A stretch of 64,000 nucleotides of DNA from the NCBI GenBank assembly GCA_021513715.1, contig CP084167.1, forward strand, positions 2,816,001 through 2,880,000, read 5' to 3'. This document shows, piece after piece, positions 50,559-60,243 of this stretch. Under the pieces are notes generated by a model that saw only the letters and a program-made list of their open reading frames with translations, ran no database searches and was not told the DNA's origin. A program made the position numbers and the translations under genes. The DNA is from Candidatus Heimdallarchaeum endolithica. GTDB taxonomy: Archaea; Asgardarchaeota; Heimdallarchaeia; Heimdallarchaeales; Heimdallarchaeaceae. The first letter of the stretch is position 1; the number at the start of each line of letters is the position of its first letter.

Positions 50559-52157
50559 TTAATTAATTTCATAGATATTATTTTTTTTAGTTTTGCCCAT
50601 AAAATAAATTGTCAAAGGAGTAGTTACTAACATTGAGGAACCTAATATGCCTAACCCTAACCAAAAAGATCCTCCAAAAGAGTTATTGATAAAGTCTAGT
50701 ACTGAACAAGCAACCATAATGCCTCCAACAATTGTGACAAAAACAAGATAAGAATAAATAGGAACTCTTTCGTTCCACTTGTCTTTTCCCCTTATGGGTT
50801 CTTTATTAGAAATTAGAGATTTAAAAGTTGCATAAATTGTAAATGGATTGAATACAAGAGCGAATATGTAAAAGAAAATTAAATCTCTATATTTGTAATT
50901 CATATTGCTCCTATTTGCAAAACTTATTGAAAGAATACCAGAAAGGTAATATGATAAACTAAAAGATACTGGTATTATTAATAAAGGCAGAAAATCCTGA
51001 ATCGGAGGGCGGATTAATGATATATTGGAGAAAAACATTGTTATGTATATAAAACCAGAAAAATATAGAACTGAAGCAACTAAAAAAAGTGAGATGCTAA
51101 ATAATAGATCTATTTTATCGAAAAATGATAAGTCAGAACGTAAAATTTCTCTCCATTTCTTACTAAGGACAGTAAATTGACCTTTAGCCCATCTGATAAT
51201 TTGTGAAATAAGGACATCAAACTTAGCAGGAACTAGTCCTAAACTACCATATTCGTCTAAAAGAACTCCCTTATACCTTTTTTCTAAGATTTCAACTGTA
51301 GTAGCAACGTCTTCAGTAAAAGAATATCTTGGGATGCCACCTATCTCTTTAAGAATTTTAGTTCGAAAGCAAGCGGATGAACCATTAAAAATAGTAGTTT
51401 TTCTAATACTTTTTGATCTACCAAATATCTCGAAAAATTGAGCATACATTACAGACTCCCATAATTGCAATTTGGATTTTACTTCTCTAAAATTGACTTT
51501 TGTTTGGACATATGCAATCCTATCATCTTTTTCTAGCATTAGTACACATTTTTCAAGCACAGTTGGAAAAATTGTATGGTCGTAATCTAAGAAAAAAATG
51601 TATTCTGTCTCTACAGTTTGCAAAATCTCGTTTAACATTCCTGCTTTGAAATGTTTGTTCAAAGGAGAGAAAAAATATATCGCATTATATTCATCAGCTA
51701 AACTCTTAGTCTTAAATGCTAATTCTTCATTTAATGTGTCATCCCCTATTATTACTTTTACTTTTGATTTTGGATAGTCCATTTTCTTAAGTGCAACTAG
51801 TGTTTCTTTTAACACATCTATTATCGGATTATGGACAGGAACAACAACTGTAACTTCTGGTAGTTCTTTTTTTTCATATTCTTGAGTTTCAAGAGTATTT
51901 AATTGAGGATGAAAACAACTATTTGCCATATGATAAAATAGTAGTGTTGTATAAAAGATACCAAAAGTTTCGAAGAATAGAGAAATAAAGTTTAGTAGAA
52001 TTTGAAGAATTAATTTTGTAGTTAGTTTTGAAACGAAAAGAGGATAGACATTTAAGTAAATTGACCATATAAGATAAAAACAACCTAGAATTAATGATGA
52101 TAATGTGAAAAAGTAGAGTAAAGTTCCAATAATTACCCATTTCTTACTAGGTTTCAT
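50559..52157 (-). CDS. Processive GT2, cellulose-synthase-like
   Basis: DD, KAGMLN, DYD, FNGS, TED and QIIRW. Confidence 0.9.
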   Translation of the reverse strand: MKPSKKWVIIGTLLYFFTLSSLILGCFYLIWSIYLNVYPLFVSKLTTKLILQILLNFISLFFETFGIFYTTLLFYHMANSCFHPQLNTLETQEYEKKELPEVTVVVPVHNPIIDVLKETLVALKKMDYPKSKVKVIIGDDTLNEELAFKTKSLADEYNAIYFFSPLNKHFKAGMLNEILQTVETEYIFFLDYDHTIFPTVLEKCVLMLEKDDRIAYVQTKVNFREVKSKLQLWESVMYAQFFEIFGRSKSIRKTTIFNGSSACFRTKILKEIGGIPRYSFTEDVATTVEILEKRYKGVLLDEYGSLGLVPAKFDVLISQIIRWAKGQFTVLSKKWREILRSDLSFFDKIDLLFSISLFLVASVLYFSGFIYITMFFSNISLIRPPIQDFLPLLIIPVSFSLSYYLSGILSISFANRSNMNYKYRDLIFFYIFALVFNPFTIYATFKSLISNKEPIRGKDKWNERVPIYSYLVFVTIVGGIMVACSVLDFINNSFGGSFWLGLGILGSSMLVTTPLTIYFMGKTKKNNIYEIN

Positions 52158-52224
52158 TCAATCCCGTACATCGCTTTTTAATTCGGATATTTATCGAGTT
52201 TATTAAATATTTTGAAAAGTCATA

Positions 52225-52303
52225 TTGAGAATAAAAGATCAGGGTGAGCTAGGTTCATCACTGTTCAGCGGTTGTAATTCTTCTTCATCTCTATTATTCT
52301 CAA
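52225..52303 (-). ncRNA. Box C/D guide sRNA
   Basis: Minus strand: 10-bp terminal stem TTGAGAATAA/TTATTCTCAA, C box ATGAAGA, 13-nt guide, D' CTGA, C' GTGATGA, 12-nt guide ACCTAGCTCACC, D CTGA. Confidence 0.88.
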
Positions 52304-52334
52304 GAGCAATTTAATTATGTAATTATAATTTTTC

Positions 52335-53366
52335 TTATTCTTCTTTTTCTTCTTCAAATGGGACTTCTTCTATTTGAACCTCTTCTTCTTCTATCATATC
52401 TATTTGTTTCTCTTCCATTTGCCTTTTTTGCTCTAATTGTTCTGGTGGTAAAAGAGCTTCTATCTGGTTTTTAGGTACTGGAGGAGGTACAAATCTTTTT
52501 ACTAGATTCTGTATTTTCTCTTTTTCTTTAGATAAATTAAGTCGGTCACAAATTTCATAGAATTGTTCTTCGAACAAATACAACTCTTCAAGTAAATCCT
52601 TGTATATTGTATTTAGCTCTTTATCGCTCAACTTTGCTATTTCATCAGAGCAAATTTCTTGAATATATTCTTTAAGAAAATCATCGTCTTTCGTTTCTTC
52701 AGCTACAAAGAACATAAATTTGGAAATGTTAGGTTGGGAACCATGTACTGCAGTCTGAATGAGAATTTTTCTATATTTAGTAGTTAAATCTTTTCTAAAT
52801 TCGTTTTTGTCTATTCTTAAAACCTCTGATAGCTCGTTTTCCCATTTATCATCTAATTTGGAAAAATTAAAAGCTATTGCTGGAATGGTGTGCTTCATAA
52901 TAATTTCTTTATGTTTTGTCAATTCTTCTTCAGGTATATCTCTTACATTTTTGAGGAACAAACTGTAATATTGTGGGTTTCCTGAAATTTCAAAGTATTT
53001 TAATAAAGGTATAACAACTTGTTGGGGTTCTAATCCTTTAAAGTAAAGTTTTAACAAATATGGCCTGAAAACATAAGGGGCAACCATTAAAAGTAATAAA
53101 GGAATGAATAGATAAGATATTGGAAATCTTAAAGCAAGTAAAACTACACTCGCAACAATGATTATTGCATATAAACCATAATTGAAAAGCCTTAAAGTCT
53201 TTTTTGCATTATATCTGTTAGCACAAATAGGACAAATTCGTTCTTGTTTCATATTATAATCTTGATCTAAATCACAAATTGCTAATTTGCACTCAGCACA
53301 CTTCTCAGTAGATTCATTGTGAATATGAAAAGCGCAATTTTCTTTTATTTCTCCATCAAAGCTCAT
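52335..53366 (-). CDS. Membrane protein with N-terminal B-box-like zinc finger
   Basis: CAFH..CAECKLAIC..ICPIC, then two TMs, a helical domain and an acidic tail. Confidence 0.65.
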   Translation of the reverse strand: MSFDGEIKENCAFHIHNESTEKCAECKLAICDLDQDYNMKQERICPICANRYNAKKTLRLFNYGLYAIIIVASVVLLALRFPISYLFIPLLLLMVAPYVFRPYLLKLYFKGLEPQQVVIPLLKYFEISGNPQYYSLFLKNVRDIPEEELTKHKEIIMKHTIPAIAFNFSKLDDKWENELSEVLRIDKNEFRKDLTTKYRKILIQTAVHGSQPNISKFMFFVAEETKDDDFLKEYIQEICSDEIAKLSDKELNTIYKDLLEELYLFEEQFYEICDRLNLSKEKEKIQNLVKRFVPPPVPKNQIEALLPPEQLEQKRQMEEKQIDMIEEEEVQIEEVPFEEEKEE

Positions 53367-53495
53367 TTCAATACAAAATTCTGGAGAAGTTTTTTAACTT
53401 TATCTATTGCTTGAAATTTCTAATTTGATTAAATTAAAGGAATGTTTCCCAAAGATAATAAGTCTTAAAATAATAGCGATAAATGTTGAGCTGAA

Positions 53496-55133
53496 ATGAA
53501 TAATCCTTATGAAATCGAAGAACGTGAGTATAAACATTGGGCAACAGTTGTAAGTGAACAAGCAATCCAATTGTTTGGTAATAATCAAGTTGTAGCAACT
53601 GGTTGGGCTCCTAGCGGATATTATCACATAGGCAATTTTAAAGAAGCTGTAACTTGCCGTGCTATTTACAATGAATTGAAAAATCTAGGTGCAAAAACAC
53701 GCTTTATTCTAAATATTGATGATGTTGACCCTTTTGATAAAGTACCTTCTTTTTTCAAAAAGGATTATGGAAAAGGGCTTCACAAATATATAGGTTTTCC
53801 GATTAATCAAGTACCTGATCCATTAGGTTGTCATAATTCATATGCAGAGCACTTCATCGCCAATGCTTTAAGTATTATGGAATCATTTGATGTAACACCT
53901 GAAAATCTTAGCACAGCAGAACTTTACAAGAAAGGAGAATATGACAAATATGCAAAGTTATTCTTAGAAAAAAGAGAACAAGTATATCAATTAACAGAAC
54001 AAATTACTGGTTCTAGAATGGAAGAATTTATGCTTATCCAGTGTCCAAAGTGTGGTAACCTTGCAGCTCCTAAGATGACAGGCTTCAGTATTGAAGATGA
54101 AAAAATATTTGTTGACATTGAATGTAGGAAAGAAAAAAAAGGCTGTGGTGAAAAAAGTTCAATTCAATTGGGTGAAACAACTTGGAAACTTAAATGGCGT
54201 TTAGATTGGGCTTCTAGACAAGATTTCTTGGGCGTTACTGTTGAATCTTCAGGAAAAGATCATGGTGTAGCTGGGGGTTCAATTGATACTTCTTTAGCAA
54301 TACATAAAGATATATTCCAAAAAGAAAAACTCCCTCTCTTAATTCAACACGGTTTTCTTACTTTTGGAGGAAAAAAATTAAGTGGTAGTTCTGGCAGTGG
54401 TATGCCTGTTACTGAATTTCCAAAAATTCTTGACCCAACAGTTTTTTTGTATAAAATCTATAGACAAAATCTAAGAACAGATTTTGATTTTAATGTAAGT
54501 ATAGATGTACCTAAAGTTGCAGCAGAATTCGATCAAGCTGAGAAACTATATTTTAGCAAGGAAACAATAGAAAAAGATAAAGCTTCCAAAAAGATAATTA
54601 AAGCATATGAGTTGGCGCTTATTGACAAACCTACGTCCAAACCAGTTATTAGAATTGATTATGGGCATCTTTCTACAATTATGCAAGTATGTCTCTTTGA
54701 TCAAGAAGTAACCTTACAAAGATTATATGAAACAAATTATATTCCAAGAAAATTAACAGATTATGAGTATGATCTTTTTAAGAAACGATTTGAGAGAGCT
54801 AAATATTGGTTAGAAAATTATGCTGATGACAGAATTCGATTTAAAATACTAGATGTTCCAGACTGTTCTCAGGTTCAAAAAAGTACTACTGAAATTATTT
54901 TGTCTCTAAGTAAAGCGATAGAAAATCTGCCTGAAGATATACATGGTGATGATATTACACAATTCTTATATGAGAAAGCTAAAGCAAATGAAATTAAACC
55001 TAAAGACTTTTTCAAAGTTTTATATCTAATAATTTTAGGTAAAACTTTTGGGCCAAGAGCAGGGACGCTTATTGAAGCAATAGGAAAGGAACGTGTAATA
55101 GCAATGATGAAAAAAGCTTTATCTTGTTTTTAA
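53496..55133 (+). CDS. lysS: Lysyl-tRNA synthetase class I
   Basis: HWA, PSGYYHIGN, KLKWRLDW, GKDH, KKLSGS and GKTFGPRAG. Confidence 0.96.
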   Translation: MNNPYEIEEREYKHWATVVSEQAIQLFGNNQVVATGWAPSGYYHIGNFKEAVTCRAIYNELKNLGAKTRFILNIDDVDPFDKVPSFFKKDYGKGLHKYIGFPINQVPDPLGCHNSYAEHFIANALSIMESFDVTPENLSTAELYKKGEYDKYAKLFLEKREQVYQLTEQITGSRMEEFMLIQCPKCGNLAAPKMTGFSIEDEKIFVDIECRKEKKGCGEKSSIQLGETTWKLKWRLDWASRQDFLGVTVESSGKDHGVAGGSIDTSLAIHKDIFQKEKLPLLIQHGFLTFGGKKLSGSSGSGMPVTEFPKILDPTVFLYKIYRQNLRTDFDFNVSIDVPKVAAEFDQAEKLYFSKETIEKDKASKKIIKAYELALIDKPTSKPVIRIDYGHLSTIMQVCLFDQEVTLQRLYETNYIPRKLTDYEYDLFKKRFERAKYWLENYADDRIRFKILDVPDCSQVQKSTTEIILSLSKAIENLPEDIHGDDITQFLYEKAKANEIKPKDFFKVLYLIILGKTFGPRAGTLIEAIGKERVIAMMKKALSCF

Positions 55134-55187
55134 TTTAGTTGTCGATAACGAAACATATACATAGTTCGTTTTTGTTTTTTTTTTGTA

Positions 55188-56066
55188 ATGAGTGAAATAC
55201 TTAATATTGTTCTTCTTGGATTGGAAAATGCAGGAAAAACAACTCTCCTAAATACATTAAAAGGAGAAAAATTTAGAGAAACAAGAACAACAATTGGAAT
55301 TAATGTGGATCTCATAAATTATAATGGATACAAATTTCAAGCAATTGATGTAGGAGGACAAAGAGTATTTAGAGATACATTGTGGCCCCAATATACAAAA
55401 CTTGCTAGTGGTGTAATTTATATCTTTGATATATTTGATAAAAGAAAGTTAAGTGAAGCTAAAAAATGGTTTGATGAAATCCAAACATGGGTAACAGAAA
55501 AAGCTGTATTTCTCTTTTTAGCGAACAAAATAGACCTAAAAGAAGAAAAACAAGATTTTATGTCACTTGATGATATAATAAAAAGTTTCAATTTGGAAAG
55601 ATTTTCTCTCTATCCAGAACAAAGTTTTAGAATTTTTGAAATTTCTGCAAAAACTGGAAAAAATGTGGACATCGCAATCAAATGGCTGTTTGAAAAATTA
55701 TCAGAGCAAGTTAGAAAGCAGACAAATCTTTCTTTCATTTTTGTACATAACAGTGATTTTAAGTTAATATATGTTAATTCTGAGAAAATGAAGATCTTGG
55801 AAAAATTGTTATTAAAACAAGTATCTCAACTTAGAAAAAACAATAAAAAAATTTCATTTTTAAATGTTGAAGAGTATAAACTGTTTTTTTATGCTGATTC
55901 TCAATTTAGTATTATTCTTGGAACAAAAGAAAATTTACCTCAACAGTTCTTCATAAATGTAGCTATAGAAATAGCACATGAGCTAAAAACAAACCATCTT
56001 CCACTAAACCACTATAAACCTGAACTAGATGGAATAATAAATGGGATTTTATTAAAGGAAAAATAA
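55188..56066 (+). CDS. Arf-like GTPase with C-terminal longin-like domain
   Basis: GLENAGKT, TTIG, DVGGQ, NKID and SAK, plus an extra ~115 aa with a longin-like beta/alpha pattern. Confidence 0.8.
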   Translation: MSEILNIVLLGLENAGKTTLLNTLKGEKFRETRTTIGINVDLINYNGYKFQAIDVGGQRVFRDTLWPQYTKLASGVIYIFDIFDKRKLSEAKKWFDEIQTWVTEKAVFLFLANKIDLKEEKQDFMSLDDIIKSFNLERFSLYPEQSFRIFEISAKTGKNVDIAIKWLFEKLSEQVRKQTNLSFIFVHNSDFKLIYVNSEKMKILEKLLLKQVSQLRKNNKKISFLNVEEYKLFFYADSQFSIILGTKENLPQQFFINVAIEIAHELKTNHLPLNHYKPELDGIINGILLKEK

Positions 56067-56097
56067 TTAAGTTATGCAGTAAAATTATAGTTGACCA

Positions 56098-57942
56098 ATG
56101 ACTATTATTTTTTCACGTGATACTACTACTTTAATTGAAGGGTATTTTAAACAAAACCAAATAAGTGTTTCCAATAATAATGAAGATATTGAAATTATAA
56201 TTACTTCTGTAACTAGAATCTTTAAAACTGTGCGGAAACAGCATGGCAAAGAAGTTCACATACTTCAATTAACTTTTGGTAAAGAAGGTAGCATTTTAAT
56301 TTATCGTAAAGATGATAATGAAGATGCTGCTGATATAAAATTTGTACTTATTTTAAATCCTTTGTTAAATATTCCTGAATTAAGAAATGAAATAACAAGC
56401 CTATTAAGTAATTATTTAGACGATTTAGAAGCAATAACAGAAGATGCAGTTATAGATCTTTTATTACTCTTTGAACAAAAAGAATCAAAAGTTTTTCCTA
56501 CGAGTTTTCTCGACTATTTACCGCTCTCAATAAATCCTATCTTTTTTTTAGCTGAAAATCAATTGGGCAAAAGTAAACTTGTTGAGCCAAATCTACCACT
56601 TTTTAGTGTTAACCATCCTATATTGAAAATTTTTAACTCTGTTTTGCTAAATAAACATCCTGTTATCAATATACATTTTGAGGAACTAATAGAAATAAAT
56701 ATGGAAGAAAAGATTCGTCTTCAATATAATTTTGCTTTATTGTTAATAAAGATCAATATGCAAGAATTAGGGCTTAAATTACTAGAATCACTGTTAAATA
56801 CTCCCCTTTATTATATTAATCAACTTACACGTTGTTTATTCGCATATAACTTAATATCTATAGACTCAAGTTTCGCAAAAACATTGGTTACAGAAGTAGA
56901 TGAGAGCTTTATGTTAAAATTATCTCCAAGTACAAGAGTTATTTTTCACACATTAAAAGGCCAAATATTTGAACAAGAAAAAATGTTTAAAGAAAGCTAC
57001 CTTCAATATTCAACTGCAATTTCCCTATCTACTAGTATTTCAGATGTTATGCAACATTTGGCATTTGCTTATTTAGGGATTGGTAATATTATGAGTACAA
57101 TAAACGATTTTGAAAAGGCGATTTTTTCTTTTTCCATTGCTAGTTCTATTTTTGACTATTTAGGGGAAAAACAAATTAAGAACACTGTGCAATCAAATAT
57201 TGAAAAAGTCAAACTTATACAAGCAAAGAACTATCTTGCTGCTGTGATGATGAGTTTGAATGAGGAAAAATACGAACAAGCAGTTTTTTTTCTTCGAAAA
57301 TCAATTTCATTATTTGCTAAAATTTTATTGGAGATTTCAACTCCATACCTAAGTGAAGTCAGTCGAGAAATAAAAGGCATATTATCTTCTTTCAAGAACA
57401 GATTATATTTTGATGAATCGTTTAAAAATTATGAACAAAAATTAATCTTAAAGTTTGAAGAACTTTTAAGAATCACTTCTATACTGAAAAAAGAGCATCT
57501 TACAGAAACCATACACAAACAATTAACTGTTCTCTCAAAGCCAGAACAAATAATATTGAAACAACTTTTGTTTATATATGAAGATGGAAGATTAATGTAT
57601 TCATATTCTCCTAGTGATAAAACAGGTTTTGAAAAAGATTTTATTTTTGCTGGAGTATTATCAGCAATACAAATGCTACTAAGTGAGGCATTAGAAACTG
57701 AAAATTTTTTTAATATTGATGCTGGAAATGTTAAGTTGTTTATTAAAAGAGGACGTTTTGCTTCAATAATATGTATCGTTAATGTAGTCAATGAACAAGT
57801 AAAAAGCTTTATTGATAATTTAATGACTCGATTTGAAAGCGAATTTACTGAAGCAATAAAGGATTGGGAAGGAGATCTTAAAAGATTCAGAAGTCTCGAA
57901 AAAATTATTGAGGACCTCTTGTTGTCTAAAATTGCTCAATAA
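56098..57942 (+). CDS. TPR/helical protein with C-terminal longin domain
   Basis: TPR-like LAFAYLGIGNI..FEKAIFSF. C-terminal LLFIYEDGRLMYS..FAGVLSAIQML..FESEF..IKDWEGD. Confidence 0.75.
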   Translation: MTIIFSRDTTTLIEGYFKQNQISVSNNNEDIEIIITSVTRIFKTVRKQHGKEVHILQLTFGKEGSILIYRKDDNEDAADIKFVLILNPLLNIPELRNEITSLLSNYLDDLEAITEDAVIDLLLLFEQKESKVFPTSFLDYLPLSINPIFFLAENQLGKSKLVEPNLPLFSVNHPILKIFNSVLLNKHPVINIHFEELIEINMEEKIRLQYNFALLLIKINMQELGLKLLESLLNTPLYYINQLTRCLFAYNLISIDSSFAKTLVTEVDESFMLKLSPSTRVIFHTLKGQIFEQEKMFKESYLQYSTAISLSTSISDVMQHLAFAYLGIGNIMSTINDFEKAIFSFSIASSIFDYLGEKQIKNTVQSNIEKVKLIQAKNYLAAVMMSLNEEKYEQAVFFLRKSISLFAKILLEISTPYLSEVSREIKGILSSFKNRLYFDESFKNYEQKLILKFEELLRITSILKKEHLTETIHKQLTVLSKPEQIILKQLLFIYEDGRLMYSYSPSDKTGFEKDFIFAGVLSAIQMLLSEALETENFFNIDAGNVKLFIKRGRFASIICIVNVVNEQVKSFIDNLMTRFESEFTEAIKDWEGDLKRFRSLEKIIEDLLLSKIAQ

Positions 57943-58005
57943 AGCTCTTATAATTGGTTAAAACAGCACGAAAAATAAGAATAAAGATAGAAAAGTAAGT
58001 ATTGT

Positions 58006-59565
58006 TTATTCTGGTAAACGTATTAAGTCCCTAAAAACTTCTGATTTTCTCTCTAAAACTTCCTTTTCTCCTTGACTGTTTAGGAAAATAGAAAATGTCT
58101 CTAGCATCGGAGAAGTATCTCCACTGATCTTTAGATATACTCTTTGTTCTTCATTCTCTTTAGGTACATCCAAAATCAATGTCATTTTTTTGTAATTGTC
58201 CTTGTTTTCTTCTATTATTTGAATATCTTCTGGGTTTTTTCTTGTAATAACATGCATTAGGGGAATTTTATCTTCTATAGAAACTACTCCATCTAAGTTT
58301 TTGGTAGACTTAATAACATAAAGAATAGTATAACCTGACTCTGTGCTCTTTAAATAAATGAATTTAGCACTTTTAATAATTATCTCGCCACTTTCATTCT
58401 CAACAACTTTCTTTGCTCTGAAAAGGTAAGGATAATAGTCAAGTTGGTAGGTTTTAGTTAAGACTTGTCCCATGTTGACATTTTTATGGAGCCAGCGAAT
58501 TGTAGTTCCTTTCATTTTAGCTTTTTCAATTGTTCCAGAAGGAGGAATCACATCTGGATTGCTCCTCTGAATTTCAAATTCTGGAGGAATGTCGTCTGTG
58601 ATATACAGTTCATTAATAATCCGATTGTGAACGTTCAAATATTTTGTTTTTGATACAAACTGCAACCCTTCTGTTTTAATTGTTTCAAATACATTTAATG
58701 TGTTAATTATTTTTTTATCCAATATTTCTAAAATTGTTCTATTAATTCTTCTTCTAAAGTTATATTTTGCTTGAAATTTCTGTTTAGGAGCAAGTTCAGG
58801 TATGTTCCAAATAATTTCCAAAAATTCATCGTTCTTATTCTTTAATGGATCTACTTCTGCACCATGAATGTCAATTTTATTGATTTTAAAACAATAAGGA
58901 ATTTGATCTATAATTTTTATGTCTTTTATTGGAGCATCATATTCATTTTCCAATTCTGATTTAATAACAAAGTCTCCTATCCCCTCTCCAACAAATATAC
59001 TATTGTCTTTTTCTGCTGTTATTAGTTTTCCATCTGGAGCTCTAAAGCTATTTGTACTTTTAACTTTTTCAGGATAATTATATTTATTGTCTTCTATTAT
59101 CTTGAATATTAACTCCTTTTTGGCGTATTCATCGTCAGGAAGTTCAGAGAGAGTGTTCTCTTTTCCTATCACACGTGTGTCTTCTTCAATATCCCAACTT
59201 TCTTCTTGTTTCCTTGTATCAAGTGTTTTTGTGTCTACAATTAAATCTTCTATGGGTTTTTCTAATATTGTATCTGTCTTTAATAGTCGAAGAATAAGCT
59301 TATAATCTGCATTTATTCCCATTTCTTGTAAAAACTCTTCAATCCATCGAGCTACACGGGTTTCGTGAGGAGCTAAAATTGTAGCCCAAAACTCAAAGAC
59401 TGTTTTTACTACTTCATGTAAATTTTTGCATAATCGCTCATTTATTAATCCTGACTTATCATGAAAGGAAACTGTTCCACCCAAAGCAGTAGAAAATAAA
59501 TTTGTGTTTGGTTCAATGTTTATAAAATATCGAGTAGAGCCCCAAAGAAGTTTTCCTGTTGTCAT
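58006..59565 (-). CDS. Cytoplasmic protein with three repeated beta-sandwich (DUF11/mu-homology-like) modules
   Basis: Repeats IIDQIP..IIWNIPEL, ITDDIP..IRWLHKNV and IEDKIP. No signal peptide. Confidence 0.55.
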   Translation of the reverse strand: MTTGKLLWGSTRYFINIEPNTNLFSTALGGTVSFHDKSGLINERLCKNLHEVVKTVFEFWATILAPHETRVARWIEEFLQEMGINADYKLILRLLKTDTILEKPIEDLIVDTKTLDTRKQEESWDIEEDTRVIGKENTLSELPDDEYAKKELIFKIIEDNKYNYPEKVKSTNSFRAPDGKLITAEKDNSIFVGEGIGDFVIKSELENEYDAPIKDIKIIDQIPYCFKINKIDIHGAEVDPLKNKNDEFLEIIWNIPELAPKQKFQAKYNFRRRINRTILEILDKKIINTLNVFETIKTEGLQFVSKTKYLNVHNRIINELYITDDIPPEFEIQRSNPDVIPPSGTIEKAKMKGTTIRWLHKNVNMGQVLTKTYQLDYYPYLFRAKKVVENESGEIIIKSAKFIYLKSTESGYTILYVIKSTKNLDGVVSIEDKIPLMHVITRKNPEDIQIIEENKDNYKKMTLILDVPKENEEQRVYLKISGDTSPMLETFSIFLNSQGEKEVLERKSEVFRDLIRLPE

Positions 59566-60182
59566 TATTTCACCACTCCAATAACAATACGCTCATTTAT
59601 AGAAATAACTTGATATTCAACTGTTTTTTCTGTTGAAACCTCGATTTCTTCTATTGTATCAGAACTATAATTGTAAACACTTAACTTATACGTACCTTCC
59701 TCTAATGATTCAGAAACATATTTTTTAATTTGGGTGAGGGAATTAAATAAAACTGAAGGCGAACTTAAAACAGGAACATAATCCCCAAAAACATCTCTTC
59801 TCAAAATTTCTATAACTTCTCTATTTTCTTTTTTTCCAAATTTCTCTTTATAGAGTCTTTTAGCTGTTTGTAAATAAAAATTAATAATTTCTTCGCTTTC
59901 AGCTAAGTTATAAATCTCTTTTGCTTTTTCTAACTCATTTAGATATAGATATCTAGTTATCAATTTGGCTAAAGCAAAAGCATATAAGTCCTCATAATCG
60001 TTTTTTGAAATATCAGCGAGAAAATTCCATAAAATGGTTGATTCTAGATATTTCTCATTTTTTTCTAATTCTAAAGTTTTTTTGGTAATGGTTTTTAATA
60101 CTTCATTTATTTTGTCTTCATTAAATAATTCTTTTACTTCTCTGATAATTTCTTGAATCGAACCTTTGCTCATAATAGCCAC
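59565..60182 (-). CDS. Hypothetical protein with helical N-terminal domain
   Basis: 205-aa ORF whose stop overlaps the start of the downstream gene. Confidence 0.65.
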   Translation of the reverse strand: MAIMSKGSIQEIIREVKELFNEDKINEVLKTITKKTLELEKNEKYLESTILWNFLADISKNDYEDLYAFALAKLITRYLYLNELEKAKEIYNLAESEEIINFYLQTAKRLYKEKFGKKENREVIEILRRDVFGDYVPVLSSPSVLFNSLTQIKKYVSESLEEGTYKLSVYNYSSDTIEEIEVSTEKTVEYQVISINERIVIGVVK

Positions 60183-60243
60183 TCTTTCTTCACCTAAGTT
60201 TGTTTAATTAACTATATAATTGTTACTCTCTCCAGATTTTTTT

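Noticed and set aside
52240-52263. Plus-strand hairpin CAGGGTGAGC/GTTCATCACTG as a terminator or riboswitch
   Set aside because: Better explained by the minus-strand box C/D sRNA with four correctly spaced boxes.
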